Positions 8,047 to 17,648 of a stretch of 30,963 bases of DNA are shown piece by piece. The stretch comes from a virus (lineage: Duplodnaviria > Caudoviricetes), in IMG/VR virus record IMGVR_UViG_3300012952_000074, positions 1-30,963 of that record, one strand, 5' to 3'. Numbering within the stretch: position 1 is the stretch's first letter; each line of letters starts with the position of its first letter. The notes under the pieces were generated by a model. That model had not been told where the DNA came from and did not search any database. It saw nothing but the letters and a program-made list of their open reading frames with translations. The position numbers were made by a program, and so were the translations under genes.

Positions 8047-9459
8047 TTAGTACCCAGATGATCCACCTGAAGTTGGGGCCGACGGGGCAACTGTCGGCTG
8101 CTGCACTGAAACGTTGGTTTCTGCTAATGGCAGCTTAGAGATAGAGATTGTTTTGGTCGTTGGGTCAGTTACAAAGGTAGGGTTCTGCTCTTCTATAGAA
8201 TATCCCTGCCAGAATGCACCATTAGTATTAAAATTGGTTCTTCTGAAACCATTTGTCTTTTCGTTTATCAAGCTCAAAGCGCCTGCTAACCCTTCTCTCT
8301 TCAAGACATACTTAGATTCAAGAAATATATCGTTAAATCCATGTGAAATATTTTGTTCTAGCATTCTTAAATTTAAGAACGTTCTAAGCCAAAACAAGTC
8401 ACCAAATTTCTTTTTGTACATAAAAGGTAACTCTCCTAGTTCACCGATCTGACCTAGGCTTTGTCTTTTTATTTTAACTTGTTTTGTTTTCACTTCGTAG
8501 CTGCCAACACAGACAGAGCTTTTATGAATATATGGCTCTGCTGCTAATAGTGTATTATAAAACTGGAGCAAATAGTATCTAAGCAGTTCAATATCACTGT
8601 TTGCGCCATCTCTCCACTGATCTCCCTCAAAAGATCTGAAGTACATAGTATCAAATACCTCGTCAGGTGTCAAGTTATATTCGTTTATGTATGGTAACAT
8701 ACCGGATTCAATAACTTCCGGCTCAAATTGTGGCTGACTTTCAAACGGAGGTGCCATGAACTCGCCGCCAGAAAATACATTAGCTACCAAAGTCCATGGA
8801 GCATTTTTGTCTATATAGAAACCAAACTTTTTAGCAGCTTTGCGAATAAACAAAAAGTTAGGATCATTTATAAATCTTGTTTTCTTGTCTAAATTATTTC
8901 TAAGTATGGTTTTATCGTCAAGCTCAATTACGAGACCGCTTACATGCGGAGGACAATATCTAGAAAGCAAGAAGCCTGTCTTGGTGACCGGGACTCTCGG
9001 TACTATTGAGGAAGTAAAGTTTATGAACTGTTGTACAAAATCTTTAAAAGATAAAATCTTTTCTTTTCTTTTACCAACACTAAAATAAAAAGCAAACTCT
9101 TGCATGAGGGTTTCCATGTGAGAATGATATAAGCTAGTAGGTGATCTCCAGCCGGCGAGAGCATGCAAAGTTCCATAAGCGCCGCCCGACTCTATCTTAC
9201 CATGAGCAGCTGCCTTTCTGCAATATCTTCTTAAATCTTTAAAAGCATCGACGACAAAATTGGCAGCAAATATCGTGCCTAGCTGGCTTGGAAGTTGCTT
9301 AAGCTGAGTATCTTTAAAACATATTGCATTGGACTCTCTATCAATTCTTCCATAGAAAATATTCTCATACCAAAAATCTAAAGCTGCTACTTCACCATCA
9401 GACGGATAGTACATTTCTCTGTAGGCTTTCGCTTTTTCAAATTTTTCTATTGTGCTCAT
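8047..9459 (-). CDS. Baseplate-region protein with a degenerate peptidase M15 (VanY-like) domain
   Basis: DAFKDL...AAAHG...AGWRSP, then HVSGLVIE, then AAKKFGF...NAPWT, in the M15B motif order. Confidence 0.55.
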   Translation of the reverse strand: MSTIEKFEKAKAYREMYYPSDGEVAALDFWYENIFYGRIDRESNAICFKDTQLKQLPSQLGTIFAANFVVDAFKDLRRYCRKAAAHGKIESGGAYGTLHALAGWRSPTSLYHSHMETLMQEFAFYFSVGKRKEKILSFKDFVQQFINFTSSIVPRVPVTKTGFLLSRYCPPHVSGLVIELDDKTILRNNLDKKTRFINDPNFLFIRKAAKKFGFYIDKNAPWTLVANVFSGGEFMAPPFESQPQFEPEVIESGMLPYINEYNLTPDEVFDTMYFRSFEGDQWRDGANSDIELLRYYLLQFYNTLLAAEPYIHKSSVCVGSYEVKTKQVKIKRQSLGQIGELGELPFMYKKKFGDLFWLRTFLNLRMLEQNISHGFNDIFLESKYVLKREGLAGALSLINEKTNGFRRTNFNTNGAFWQGYSIEEQNPTFVTDPTTKTISISKLPLAETNVSVQQPTVAPSAPTSGGSSGY

Positions 9460-9471
9460 AAAAAATTAATC

Positions 9472-12400
9472 CTAATACCCGCCGCTCATGCCTCCGGTAG
9501 CTTCCTCTTCTGATAATTCCTCTACTGGTACTTTACTTGATTGGACGGCTGAAAGAGGTGTGCCGGTTTGATCTGCTTTTTGTTCATTAGGTGTCTGGAG
9601 TCCAACACCTGATCTTCTTTGCTTTGCAGTGTTTTTCTTTTCAGCGGGTGCTTCCTCAATAGTTTGAGGCATACATTCAACGATCACTGGTTCTTCTCTA
9701 TCGGTTTTGCCTATTCTTTTAACCATGCCATCATTAATCCCGTGTAATATCGTTTCAAATCTTCCTGGTTCTATTACATTCTCTACCTTCGTCAAAAATA
9801 TATAGCCTCCTAAGCCTAGTTTATATGTTAAAGAAGTTTCTAAATTTGCAACAACACCGCCAGCTTGTGTAGCTAGCCTAGGGGTTACATGCACTCTCAT
9901 TCCAGGTTTAAAGACTGTTGAGCCAAAACATTTCATTGTAACATTATATTGATGTCTTAGCTGTGCAGCGATAGGATCAGCGCCGTCTTGCACAGTTCTA
10001 GCTTCACGAACATACGGCTGGTCTTGTCTATCAAAGGTTACATTTTTTAAAATTCCCTTATCTGATCCCATTTGAAAGTGATATATGCCATTCTGGGAAT
10101 CTTCGATCGGATCTCCTTTCAAACTATATGGCAAGCCGTCATGACAATACATAAAATCATAGAAAAACTCTCTTGGTGGCATGGCACCTATATTTGAATC
10201 AGGATAAGGAGCGATGTGGTTAATATCTAAAATTCTTCCCTTCATCCTTGCACCCGTTCTTTTTTTGCCACCCTTGCCCGAGGTTTTTATTCCAACTCTA
10301 TCCTGTGTATTTCCTTTCTTACCTATACCCGGGCCGGAAATTGATACCATATTGAATCTAGGTCTTATAGGATATTTATAGAAGCAACCAGGGCTTAGAG
10401 TTTCTAAAATAAGACTTTTCAAAACATCTCTAATGAAATTTCTAATATAATATGTGTCTCTTTGCGGAGATATGACGTTTTCCAAATACCAAGTCATAAA
10501 AAGATTAAGCGACACAGGTATATCTGCCAAATTAATTTCCACAGGACTATGTGTTCTTGGGTCGACGAAAGTTAATGGCCCCATAAGAAAATGTATGTTA
10601 GAAAATGTATAATCTTCGGGGCCAGCCTGAGCTTCTCCTTCTACCTCACTAGGATTATCGAGTGCTTGATAAAAAGCTGCCTCCATTAAATCTCCGAGAT
10701 AAAAGAAATTTACTCTGTACTTATCTTTATCTTTTGCTGGCTGAGAAAAAGAATCTTTTGCTTCTTTTTGTTTTTTCTTTTTAGTTTCTTCGTCATAAGT
10801 GTCATCTAGCGCGCCTGCAGCATTATCTAAATATTTCTCGTGTCTTTTTTTAAGATCGGCAGAGTTCGCCTTACGAATTTTTACTCCTAATGGTTTTCTT
10901 GTCGATCCGGAGCCTTGTCTTTTTGATGACGTCATTCTTGAGAGTTGCTCTCTGCCTTCCGAGATGCCACCCATCATTGCATGGTTGACGTCAATATATC
11001 TCATCTTATCCATTGCTAGGAGCCTGTTAATTAAAGCTCCATATCTCTGAGTTTTTTCATTTCTAACATATCTGCTTCTTCTTTCTTCTAATATCTTTTT
11101 TCGATCAGCGTACGTGTTGTTATCGCCATCGATGAAAACTGGATCGAGATCTCCGTAATCCGGTGCGTCGGGCAAAAAATCAAAACCGAATAAATACCGA
11201 TCAGAAATGGCCTGGGCAACTTTGTCTACTTGTTCCATAACGCTAGGATCGTCTCCTCTCTTAAGGGTGACGGTACTTTCGGCCTGCTCGCCGCCGAGTT
11301 CTTGTATTTTACTTTCGCAAAAAGCTATTTCTGCATCAATTTTTCTTAAGTCATTGGCTAATCTTTTTGAAGTATGAAATAGGTCTGCTCTATTTGAAGA
11401 AAGGTGGCTTTCAACTATACCTTGGAATTCGATTTCTAAAGTTCCGCTGCCGTCTTCATTAAAATTAAAAGTGTGACCAAGCAGGACGAGCCCTAAGTTA
11501 ACAGTAGAGCTTTTTAAAAAGTCTATTAGATCTTTGCCGTCTTCACCAGTTATTAGTTCTGAAGCTGATGTCCCAGGGGGCTCAAAATAGCCAATGGCTG
11601 CTTTAATTTCATAATAATCTGGATTCCATTCATTAAGTTTAATACCATAAGGATTTGGATTTGGAGCTTTTGATTTGTTTGGTCCAAATAAAATTAAGTC
11701 TAAGAACGTGGCCGTACGGCCTCCACCAGTACCATCACTTGCACCCAGATCCTCAAGGTTGCGAAAGAATAAGCTCATTTTGCATGTGATATTTCTGTCT
11801 GCCTCAATAGGGTTAGCTCCATAATAGGTAAAATCAAACCTTTGTAGTGCTACCCCGTCCTTAAAACCTCCAGGAGTTGGAGCGAATGCAGCTTCGACTG
11901 ATTTCTCGTGATCATTGTCAGCAAATTTAATTTCTTTTTGTACTATTTTGTCTTCTGGTTGATAGTAAACATTTTCGAAAAGTGTTTGATCTTTTCCAGA
12001 CGCTTGAACGCGGCGCTGGCCAGCAAAGACTGGTTTTTGTTTTACACGATATCTTTTAAACAATCTTATTTTAGGTTGTATCCGCGCGAATAACTCTTGC
12101 GGTGCAGACATTAATTTATTCACATCCTGTCTAGCAACAATTCTGCTTATGACTGAAGAGGGGTTAATCGTAGAGTGTCGAGATGGCCCGACACATGTAA
12201 AATATTTTCCGTAAGGTTCGCATGCGTTTACCGAACAAACCTCTTGCCAATAATCTATTAGAAAACATTGCTCTTGAAACTTTCTTTCAGCTTTTACTTC
12301 TTCAGCATCAGTTATAGTTTCGTCACCAGCATCTTGATCATTAACACCAGCATCGGCTAAAGCTTTTTCGTTTTCTTTAGTTTTCTTTGACTTTAACGCG

Positions 12401-12987
12401 TCGAGCCACCAGCCAGCATTAGCCCTTGTATCTACGATCGTTTTTCCTTTGGGACTGATCGCCACTTGCAACGTATTAAACCATGCTGCGATTGTTCTCA
12501 TTCTAGCGAACACAGTAAACGTCTTTGAAACATATTGTGTTTCGTATGCTCTTACATAATCACCTGCGGGGCCGACAGACCATAACGGATCACCGTTGTT
12601 TCTATAAACCATAGCGTTCAACAGTGTAGGTTTTTGCTCAGTGGCTGGATAACGTGAAGCTGGAACCGGAAGATCCGAGCCGAGATCAATCAAAGCTTTA
12701 ATCATCACAGCTTCAGCAGCCCAAATAGTATTTTCTGAATTAGCTATTAAAGGAGATTTAGAAATCGCATCTTTTATAGCTTTAGAGGCATCAGCTTTTT
12801 GGACGCCTTTTTCATTCTCTTTGACCTGGGCATATTGAGAGCTTTCAAAAACGGTATCCGCGTGGTCGATTATATACGGCCGCAATACATGAGTGATTGC
12901 TCCGGCATAATCCCATTTTTCGAGAGGATTAGGCGGAAAGTATTTTTTAAACTCAGCCTTATATTCTTCTAAAGTTTTTTTAGCCAT
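9472..12987 (-). CDS. Large baseplate hub protein (gp27/GpD-like)
   Basis: Follows the LysM gene; C-terminal hub-like pattern FGSTVFKPGMRVHV...GGYIFLTKVENVIEPGRFETILHG. Confidence 0.62.
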   Translation of the reverse strand: MAKKTLEEYKAEFKKYFPPNPLEKWDYAGAITHVLRPYIIDHADTVFESSQYAQVKENEKGVQKADASKAIKDAISKSPLIANSENTIWAAEAVMIKALIDLGSDLPVPASRYPATEQKPTLLNAMVYRNNGDPLWSVGPAGDYVRAYETQYVSKTFTVFARMRTIAAWFNTLQVAISPKGKTIVDTRANAGWWLDALKSKKTKENEKALADAGVNDQDAGDETITDAEEVKAERKFQEQCFLIDYWQEVCSVNACEPYGKYFTCVGPSRHSTINPSSVISRIVARQDVNKLMSAPQELFARIQPKIRLFKRYRVKQKPVFAGQRRVQASGKDQTLFENVYYQPEDKIVQKEIKFADNDHEKSVEAAFAPTPGGFKDGVALQRFDFTYYGANPIEADRNITCKMSLFFRNLEDLGASDGTGGGRTATFLDLILFGPNKSKAPNPNPYGIKLNEWNPDYYEIKAAIGYFEPPGTSASELITGEDGKDLIDFLKSSTVNLGLVLLGHTFNFNEDGSGTLEIEFQGIVESHLSSNRADLFHTSKRLANDLRKIDAEIAFCESKIQELGGEQAESTVTLKRGDDPSVMEQVDKVAQAISDRYLFGFDFLPDAPDYGDLDPVFIDGDNNTYADRKKILEERRSRYVRNEKTQRYGALINRLLAMDKMRYIDVNHAMMGGISEGREQLSRMTSSKRQGSGSTRKPLGVKIRKANSADLKKRHEKYLDNAAGALDDTYDEETKKKKQKEAKDSFSQPAKDKDKYRVNFFYLGDLMEAAFYQALDNPSEVEGEAQAGPEDYTFSNIHFLMGPLTFVDPRTHSPVEINLADIPVSLNLFMTWYLENVISPQRDTYYIRNFIRDVLKSLILETLSPGCFYKYPIRPRFNMVSISGPGIGKKGNTQDRVGIKTSGKGGKKRTGARMKGRILDINHIAPYPDSNIGAMPPREFFYDFMYCHDGLPYSLKGDPIEDSQNGIYHFQMGSDKGILKNVTFDRQDQPYVREARTVQDGADPIAAQLRHQYNVTMKCFGSTVFKPGMRVHVTPRLATQAGGVVANLETSLTYKLGLGGYIFLTKVENVIEPGRFETILHGINDGMVKRIGKTDREEPVIVECMPQTIEEAPAEKKNTAKQRRSGVGLQTPNEQKADQTGTPLSAVQSSKVPVEELSEEEATGGMSGGY

Positions 12988-12997
12988 TTATTGCCCG

Positions 12998-13342
12998 CTA
13001 CAATCCTAGATAAATTTCTATTGCTCTCTCTAAAGGCAAAGGTATGTATATAACATCTCCTGGCTTCAAGTGAGCCTCTGTTGGAGTTTTATTATACCAG
13101 CCTATTATCCACCAATATTTGGGATCATCATAAAATTTATGAGCTAATTTAAAATATCTATCTCCAACTTTCCATATATGAGTAATGTTTTCTAAGCTTG
13201 TTATAGCATTGTTATCTGCATGAAATATAGTGGGCGTTGAATACTGAGCTAGTCTTTGCCTACCGCGCTTCTCAAAAAATGCTTTTTTAAACTTTTTATT
13301 TGCTACAGAAATAACTCTTTCATTATCGTATCTATTAGCCAT
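12998..13342 (-). CDS. LysM-domain baseplate protein (gp53/tail protein X-like)
   Basis: HIWKVGDRYFKLAHKFYDDPKYWWII..YN....LKPGDVIYIP. Confidence 0.85.
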   Translation of the reverse strand: MANRYDNERVISVANKKFKKAFFEKRGRQRLAQYSTPTIFHADNNAITSLENITHIWKVGDRYFKLAHKFYDDPKYWWIIGWYNKTPTEAHLKPGDVIYIPLPLERAIEIYLGL

Positions 13343-13354
13343 ATATATAATTCC

Positions 13355-14206
13355 TTAGCTTAAGCCTAAGTCTCCGGCTACCAATGCGCCTGCGACACGA
13401 TCATCCTGTTGATCCGTTGTAGCATTGCCAGACTCCTCAATAGGAGAGCCTCCGCCAGCGATTGAACCTGGTAATGCTCTGTATTGGTTCTCGCCACTAA
13501 AATCTGGAGATAGTTCTTTATTAAGATCTTTCGGGGCGACGCCGTAAGGGAAGTTTTTTTCAGAGCGCCATGAATGCTTTCCTGAATTCCAGCCTAGGCT
13601 TTGTTCATGGATAACATTAAAAGAACAATTCATCTGTAATAGTTTCGGATATAGTTTAAGACCTTTGTCTTGTCTTTCTTCAAAATATCCTTGTTCAACA
13701 ACTGGAGTTATAACTAAATTTGGTATAAAACCGGCGAGGCCAGATGTCTTTACATCACCCTCGCCGTCTCCGTGACAAATAAGGTTTGCAAATTTTAAAC
13801 GTACAATTGGTGAACCTTCAATATGTGAGGAAGTTTTTGATTTTCCATAAGTAGGATAAAGCATTTTGATTAATTCAGAAGCTGCAACAAGATTAGCGCG
13901 AGCTTCATCTGCATCCCAAGCTGGTATGTCCCACGCCAAACTTAAAGTCCTTACAGTGTTTTGATAAATTCGGAACGGATCCATTCTACCATATGCAGCC
14001 TCTTCGTTAAAGTTAACATTGTATGTATCATTAAAAGATGTTAAAAATCCTTTAAACACAACTGTTTGTATAGAGTTATCGAGTTTTTGATTGCCTCGAC
14101 TCGAATTAATATTATAAAATTCAATGTTTGCTCTGGACGGATTAGGATTTAATAAATCTTTGTTACTCGTCGAACCGGCAAGTGTATTTGTTTGATTTAC
14201 TCCCAT
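13355..14206 (-). CDS. Tail tube initiator/baseplate cap protein (gp48/gp54-like)
   Basis: FLTSFNDTY..NFNEE..YGRMDP...YQNTVRTLSL; lies between tape measure and LysM genes. Confidence 0.65.
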   Translation of the reverse strand: MGVNQTNTLAGSTSNKDLLNPNPSRANIEFYNINSSRGNQKLDNSIQTVVFKGFLTSFNDTYNVNFNEEAAYGRMDPFRIYQNTVRTLSLAWDIPAWDADEARANLVAASELIKMLYPTYGKSKTSSHIEGSPIVRLKFANLICHGDGEGDVKTSGLAGFIPNLVITPVVEQGYFEERQDKGLKLYPKLLQMNCSFNVIHEQSLGWNSGKHSWRSEKNFPYGVAPKDLNKELSPDFSGENQYRALPGSIAGGGSPIEESGNATTDQQDDRVAGALVAGDLGLS

Positions 14207-17032
14207 TTATTTTGCTCCGTGTCCTCTGGTTTTTTGTGCCATGCGAGTGTGCATTCTCATGTAATCACTTGCAGAGCTATCTCCGAGACCTAGGAAGAAT
14301 TTCCAATCGCTCGAAGAGTCTTTCATTGAATTAACTATTTCTGAAGCTAAAGTTTTTGCTGATTCTGTAGAAAGATTTACTACAGTAGGTCCAGCCGCTG
14401 CTGGTTTTGTGCCAGGGGCTGTACGAATAGTTTCTTTTATTCTTGTCGCTCCAACCTTAGCTTCAGGCTTTTCAAATGCTGCGACAGAGCCGGCTATTTG
14501 GTGGGTTACTGTGGCCAAAGCGGAATAACCAGTAAGTTGATCAACAGAAATTCCTTTTGCTGCGCTGGCAAGATCTTTGACACCCTGAACCATTCCTGTG
14601 AAGTTCGCGCCGCCAGCTTCAGCAAACTTTCCTAATCCTTCGAACATCTTTCCTAAACTAGTAAGTTCATCGCCCATTAATTTAAGGGCCAGAGCGACCG
14701 CTGTAAGGCCTCCGGCGAACACAATGAGCCCCATGGCCCCAGGACTGCCGAAAGTAGCCATTAAGGCCATGCTAGCGGCCAACATGGTAACTCCTCCAGA
14801 TAACAAGAGAAATGCTTGACCGGATTCAATAGCTGCAGGTCCTGCTTCTTTAAGTTTGTCAACCAAAAGGGCCATGGCCGCTATGGGAACTGCCAACCCT
14901 ACGCCCATCAGAGCGACGGCTCCACCAATAGCTAATATTCCGGGCGCCCCTAGGGTGCCGGCTGCGCCGACTGCCAGAACTCCCTTCGCGAAGAAGAACA
15001 GTCCAGCACCGATTCCAGCGGCTAGCCCAAGGGTCATCATAAATCCAGCTAAGTCCATACCTTTAACTGCGTTAGCTAACGTGGCCACACCATGTGCAAC
15101 GGCTAAGAATCCAACACCAACAAAAGCTAATGCGGCACCATAAGCCATAGCTGCTTTTGCTTTGGCTAGCATGCCGGCTGTACCGGCTACAGAAGTAACT
15201 CCTGCAGCTGCCTGGTTTTTTGCAGCGGTGGCTTCTCTTTGCATTGCAGCTGCGTTTTTATTTCTTGAGACAGCTTCAGCTTTCTTTGCGACTGACATTT
15301 TTCCTGAAAGGGAAAGTTCCGTTGCCATGCCAGGTATACCTGCGGCGCGGGCGAGAGCCATAGTCTTTAAACCCATAATGATCAGCGTGGCTACCCCGGC
15401 AAGGGCAGAAAGACTAGGAATCAAATATCCGTCTGTTGACTTATTCCACTCAATAAACTTATCTACCACAGACTTTGCAATATCTACAACAGGCTCCATA
15501 GCAATTGCTAATGACTGCATTGCTGCTGTAAGTTTCTTTTGAATGTCAACAGCTTTTTCTGCTCTTTTTCTCATCTCCTCTTGTGACATAGCAGACGCGT
15601 TGGCTTTTGCGATCATGGTATCATAGCCGCCCAAGCCCATTTGAAGCAGTTTATTTGCGTCTGCAACATCAGTAATTCCTGCAGCGCTAGCAAAAGCTAG
15701 CCGACCGAATTTGTTTTCTAAAAGAGCAGCCTGTTGGCCAGAAGTTTCAATAGCTCCGAGAACCATACGAACGCGTTCTTCTTCGTCCGCGTGTAGGATC
15801 GCAACTGTGTCTAAATATTGGCCACCGAGAAGAGCGTTAAGTTGTGCGCCTGCTGTCGCTGCTCCTTCAAAAGTATCCATTTGGGTGCCGAACGCACCAG
15901 TTAATGTTGATACATCAGTTTGCAAGGCCTTTGCTGCAGCGGACAATCTTTTAAATACACCTAGCATGTCGTTGCCATGCTTAGCTAGTTGTGGGGCAGA
16001 ATCCGCAAATCCTTTGATCATAGTTTCTGGTGCTTCTTTGAGAGATTTTGCGACGCCAAGCAACTCTCTTTGTGTTATGAGTGCTTGATCTTTTGTTTGT
16101 CCTAACACGGCAATTGAAACTTGCATTGCTTCTGCAGACGCATCGGTGGAGACTCCCATCTTTTCCATCGTGACCGCAAACTCTGCTATTTGTTTCTGAG
16201 TAGCGTCTGTCATTAGGGAATAGCTACGAACAGTGCTGTCTAATTTAATAAACGCTTCTGCAACGTCTTCTGCTGTAACAGCTAGATCTAGATGAGATTC
16301 TCGTATCTCGTTTAGAACTTGGTCATAATCATTAAAGCCACCTGTCGCTAATAGTACAGAGGATTTAGCAGCGTCGACAGAAAATGCCATATCTTTGGTC
16401 GCCTTCATAACCAATAGCATTGCTTCTTGAGACTTTTCTAAAGTGCTACCAAGAATATTCATTTGGTTTTCTGTGCTCTTAAATTCGCGACCTACTTGTT
16501 CTAAGACTTCTCCAAAAGAACCGCCGGCTTCAGATGCATCAGCAAATGCGCCAACTACTCCATCGCGCCACTTGTTTGTGACACCAAACATCGCCATAAA
16601 TTGCTGGTTAATACTTACGCCAGCAAGACGAACTTTGGCCATTCTTTCAGCGGTGGCCAATAGCTCTTCATTTAATTTTATAAAAGCTTCTCGGCCTTCT
16701 TTTCCAAATATCCTCTGTTGTTCTGTTAGCTTTTCTAATTCTTCTCTTTGCGAGATAGTTTTATTCTGGGCCGAATCAAGAAGTTCTATTCTTGCCTGCA
16801 TCGCCTCATCTGACATCTTGGCGACTTTAAGATTCTCTTCTGCTAATGAAATTTGAGCATCGAGAAGTTCCATTTCTTTTTGAATGGCGGAGGTTCTACG
16901 GCCACGAGCATCATTTAATTTTTGCTCTTGCGCGACGAGATTCTTTTCTATCTCTACTTGCTTTTGAAAAAGTTCATTGGCTGTTTTTATATTTTTAAGA
17001 TCTTCAGCGGTAAGTTTTTCGCGATCGGCCAT
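14207..17032 (-). CDS. Tail tape measure protein
   Basis: 941 aa; coiled-coil N-terminus; Ala/Gly-rich hydrophobic C-terminal third; downstream of tube and chaperone genes. Confidence 0.85.
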   Translation of the reverse strand: MADREKLTAEDLKNIKTANELFQKQVEIEKNLVAQEQKLNDARGRRTSAIQKEMELLDAQISLAEENLKVAKMSDEAMQARIELLDSAQNKTISQREELEKLTEQQRIFGKEGREAFIKLNEELLATAERMAKVRLAGVSINQQFMAMFGVTNKWRDGVVGAFADASEAGGSFGEVLEQVGREFKSTENQMNILGSTLEKSQEAMLLVMKATKDMAFSVDAAKSSVLLATGGFNDYDQVLNEIRESHLDLAVTAEDVAEAFIKLDSTVRSYSLMTDATQKQIAEFAVTMEKMGVSTDASAEAMQVSIAVLGQTKDQALITQRELLGVAKSLKEAPETMIKGFADSAPQLAKHGNDMLGVFKRLSAAAKALQTDVSTLTGAFGTQMDTFEGAATAGAQLNALLGGQYLDTVAILHADEEERVRMVLGAIETSGQQAALLENKFGRLAFASAAGITDVADANKLLQMGLGGYDTMIAKANASAMSQEEMRKRAEKAVDIQKKLTAAMQSLAIAMEPVVDIAKSVVDKFIEWNKSTDGYLIPSLSALAGVATLIIMGLKTMALARAAGIPGMATELSLSGKMSVAKKAEAVSRNKNAAAMQREATAAKNQAAAGVTSVAGTAGMLAKAKAAMAYGAALAFVGVGFLAVAHGVATLANAVKGMDLAGFMMTLGLAAGIGAGLFFFAKGVLAVGAAGTLGAPGILAIGGAVALMGVGLAVPIAAMALLVDKLKEAGPAAIESGQAFLLLSGGVTMLAASMALMATFGSPGAMGLIVFAGGLTAVALALKLMGDELTSLGKMFEGLGKFAEAGGANFTGMVQGVKDLASAAKGISVDQLTGYSALATVTHQIAGSVAAFEKPEAKVGATRIKETIRTAPGTKPAAAGPTVVNLSTESAKTLASEIVNSMKDSSSDWKFFLGLGDSSASDYMRMHTRMAQKTRGHGAK

Positions 17033-17043
17033 AAATTAAATTC

Positions 17044-17385
17044 CTATTTAAAAGGCCATACCAAGCCTGTCGTTCTTTCAAATTTTGCAACTGCGGAATC
17101 TAAACGGCCACGTTGTTTATAAGTTCTTGGGTCATCCAAGCCATAATCATTGATAGCTTGCATGTATTTCTTTTCTCTTCCTAAAGCAGAAGCAAAAGAG
17201 TCGACTTGTGATCGTGTGCCGCGAACTTGAACTGGTATTCCTGAGCCACCAAAAATACGCTCAAGGATCTTTTTAGTCCAATATCCAAACATTCTTAGAA
17301 AGCTTTCATTTAGCTCTCCAGAGTCTGCGACATTTAGATCAATAACAACGTCGCTTAACTTATCTTCGTGAAGCTCTTGTTCCAT
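17044..17385 (-). CDS. Hypothetical 113-aa protein, probably late/virion
   Basis: GAGG SD, its own ACTATTTA element, fills the gap before the tape measure gene. Confidence 0.75.
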   Translation of the reverse strand: MEQELHEDKLSDVVIDLNVADSGELNESFLRMFGYWTKKILERIFGGSGIPVQVRGTRSQVDSFASALGREKKYMQAINDYGLDDPRTYKQRGRLDSAVAKFERTTGLVWPFK

Positions 17386-17405
17386 TGGGTATACCTCTCA
17401 TAGAA

Positions 17406-17413
17406 TAAATAGT
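17406..17413 (-). promoter_or_regulatory. Putative late promoter element ACTATTTA
   Basis: Exact copy of the motif found before the sheath, neck and scaffold genes. Confidence 0.7.
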
Positions 17414-17420
17414 AACATTA

Positions 17421-17448
17421 TAAAAATAAAGGGATCTCGCGATCCCTT
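17421..17448 (-). terminator. Intrinsic terminator after the tail chaperone genes
   Basis: AAGGGAUC-GCGA-GAUCCCUU (8-bp stem, GNRA loop) followed by UAUUUUUA. Confidence 0.8.
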
Positions 17449-17648
17449 AATATTTCTTTGAGTTAGATTGTGCTTGCTCCATGGCTTCTTTTTCCATCTC
17501 GAATTGTTGTTGCAATCTCTGCACATACCAATTACGAATCATGGTCGGCAAACTATAGGCTTCGGTAAAACTCCAGCCACCATGGTATTTTAACACAAAT
17601 ATCTGTTCGTATACTTGTTGTATATATGTGTCATCTAGGCCAAAAAAA
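17447..17648 (-). CDS. Tail assembly chaperone C-terminal extension (gp51-like), probably reached by frameshift
   Basis: In the +1 frame, overlapping the upstream chaperone at a T7 run; YEQIFVLKYHGGWSFTEAYSLP..IRNWYVQRL. Confidence 0.7.

Noticed and set aside
8044-8049. Read-through fusion at in-frame TAA-ATG junctions (also 14204-14209)
   Set aside because: TAA is rarely read through and translational coupling explains the junctions; nothing supports a fusion.
14598-17122. Series of plus-strand ORFs over the tape measure gene
   Set aside because: Antisense shadows of Ala/Gly-rich codons with no motifs; the same applies to the other short + strand ORFs in the track.
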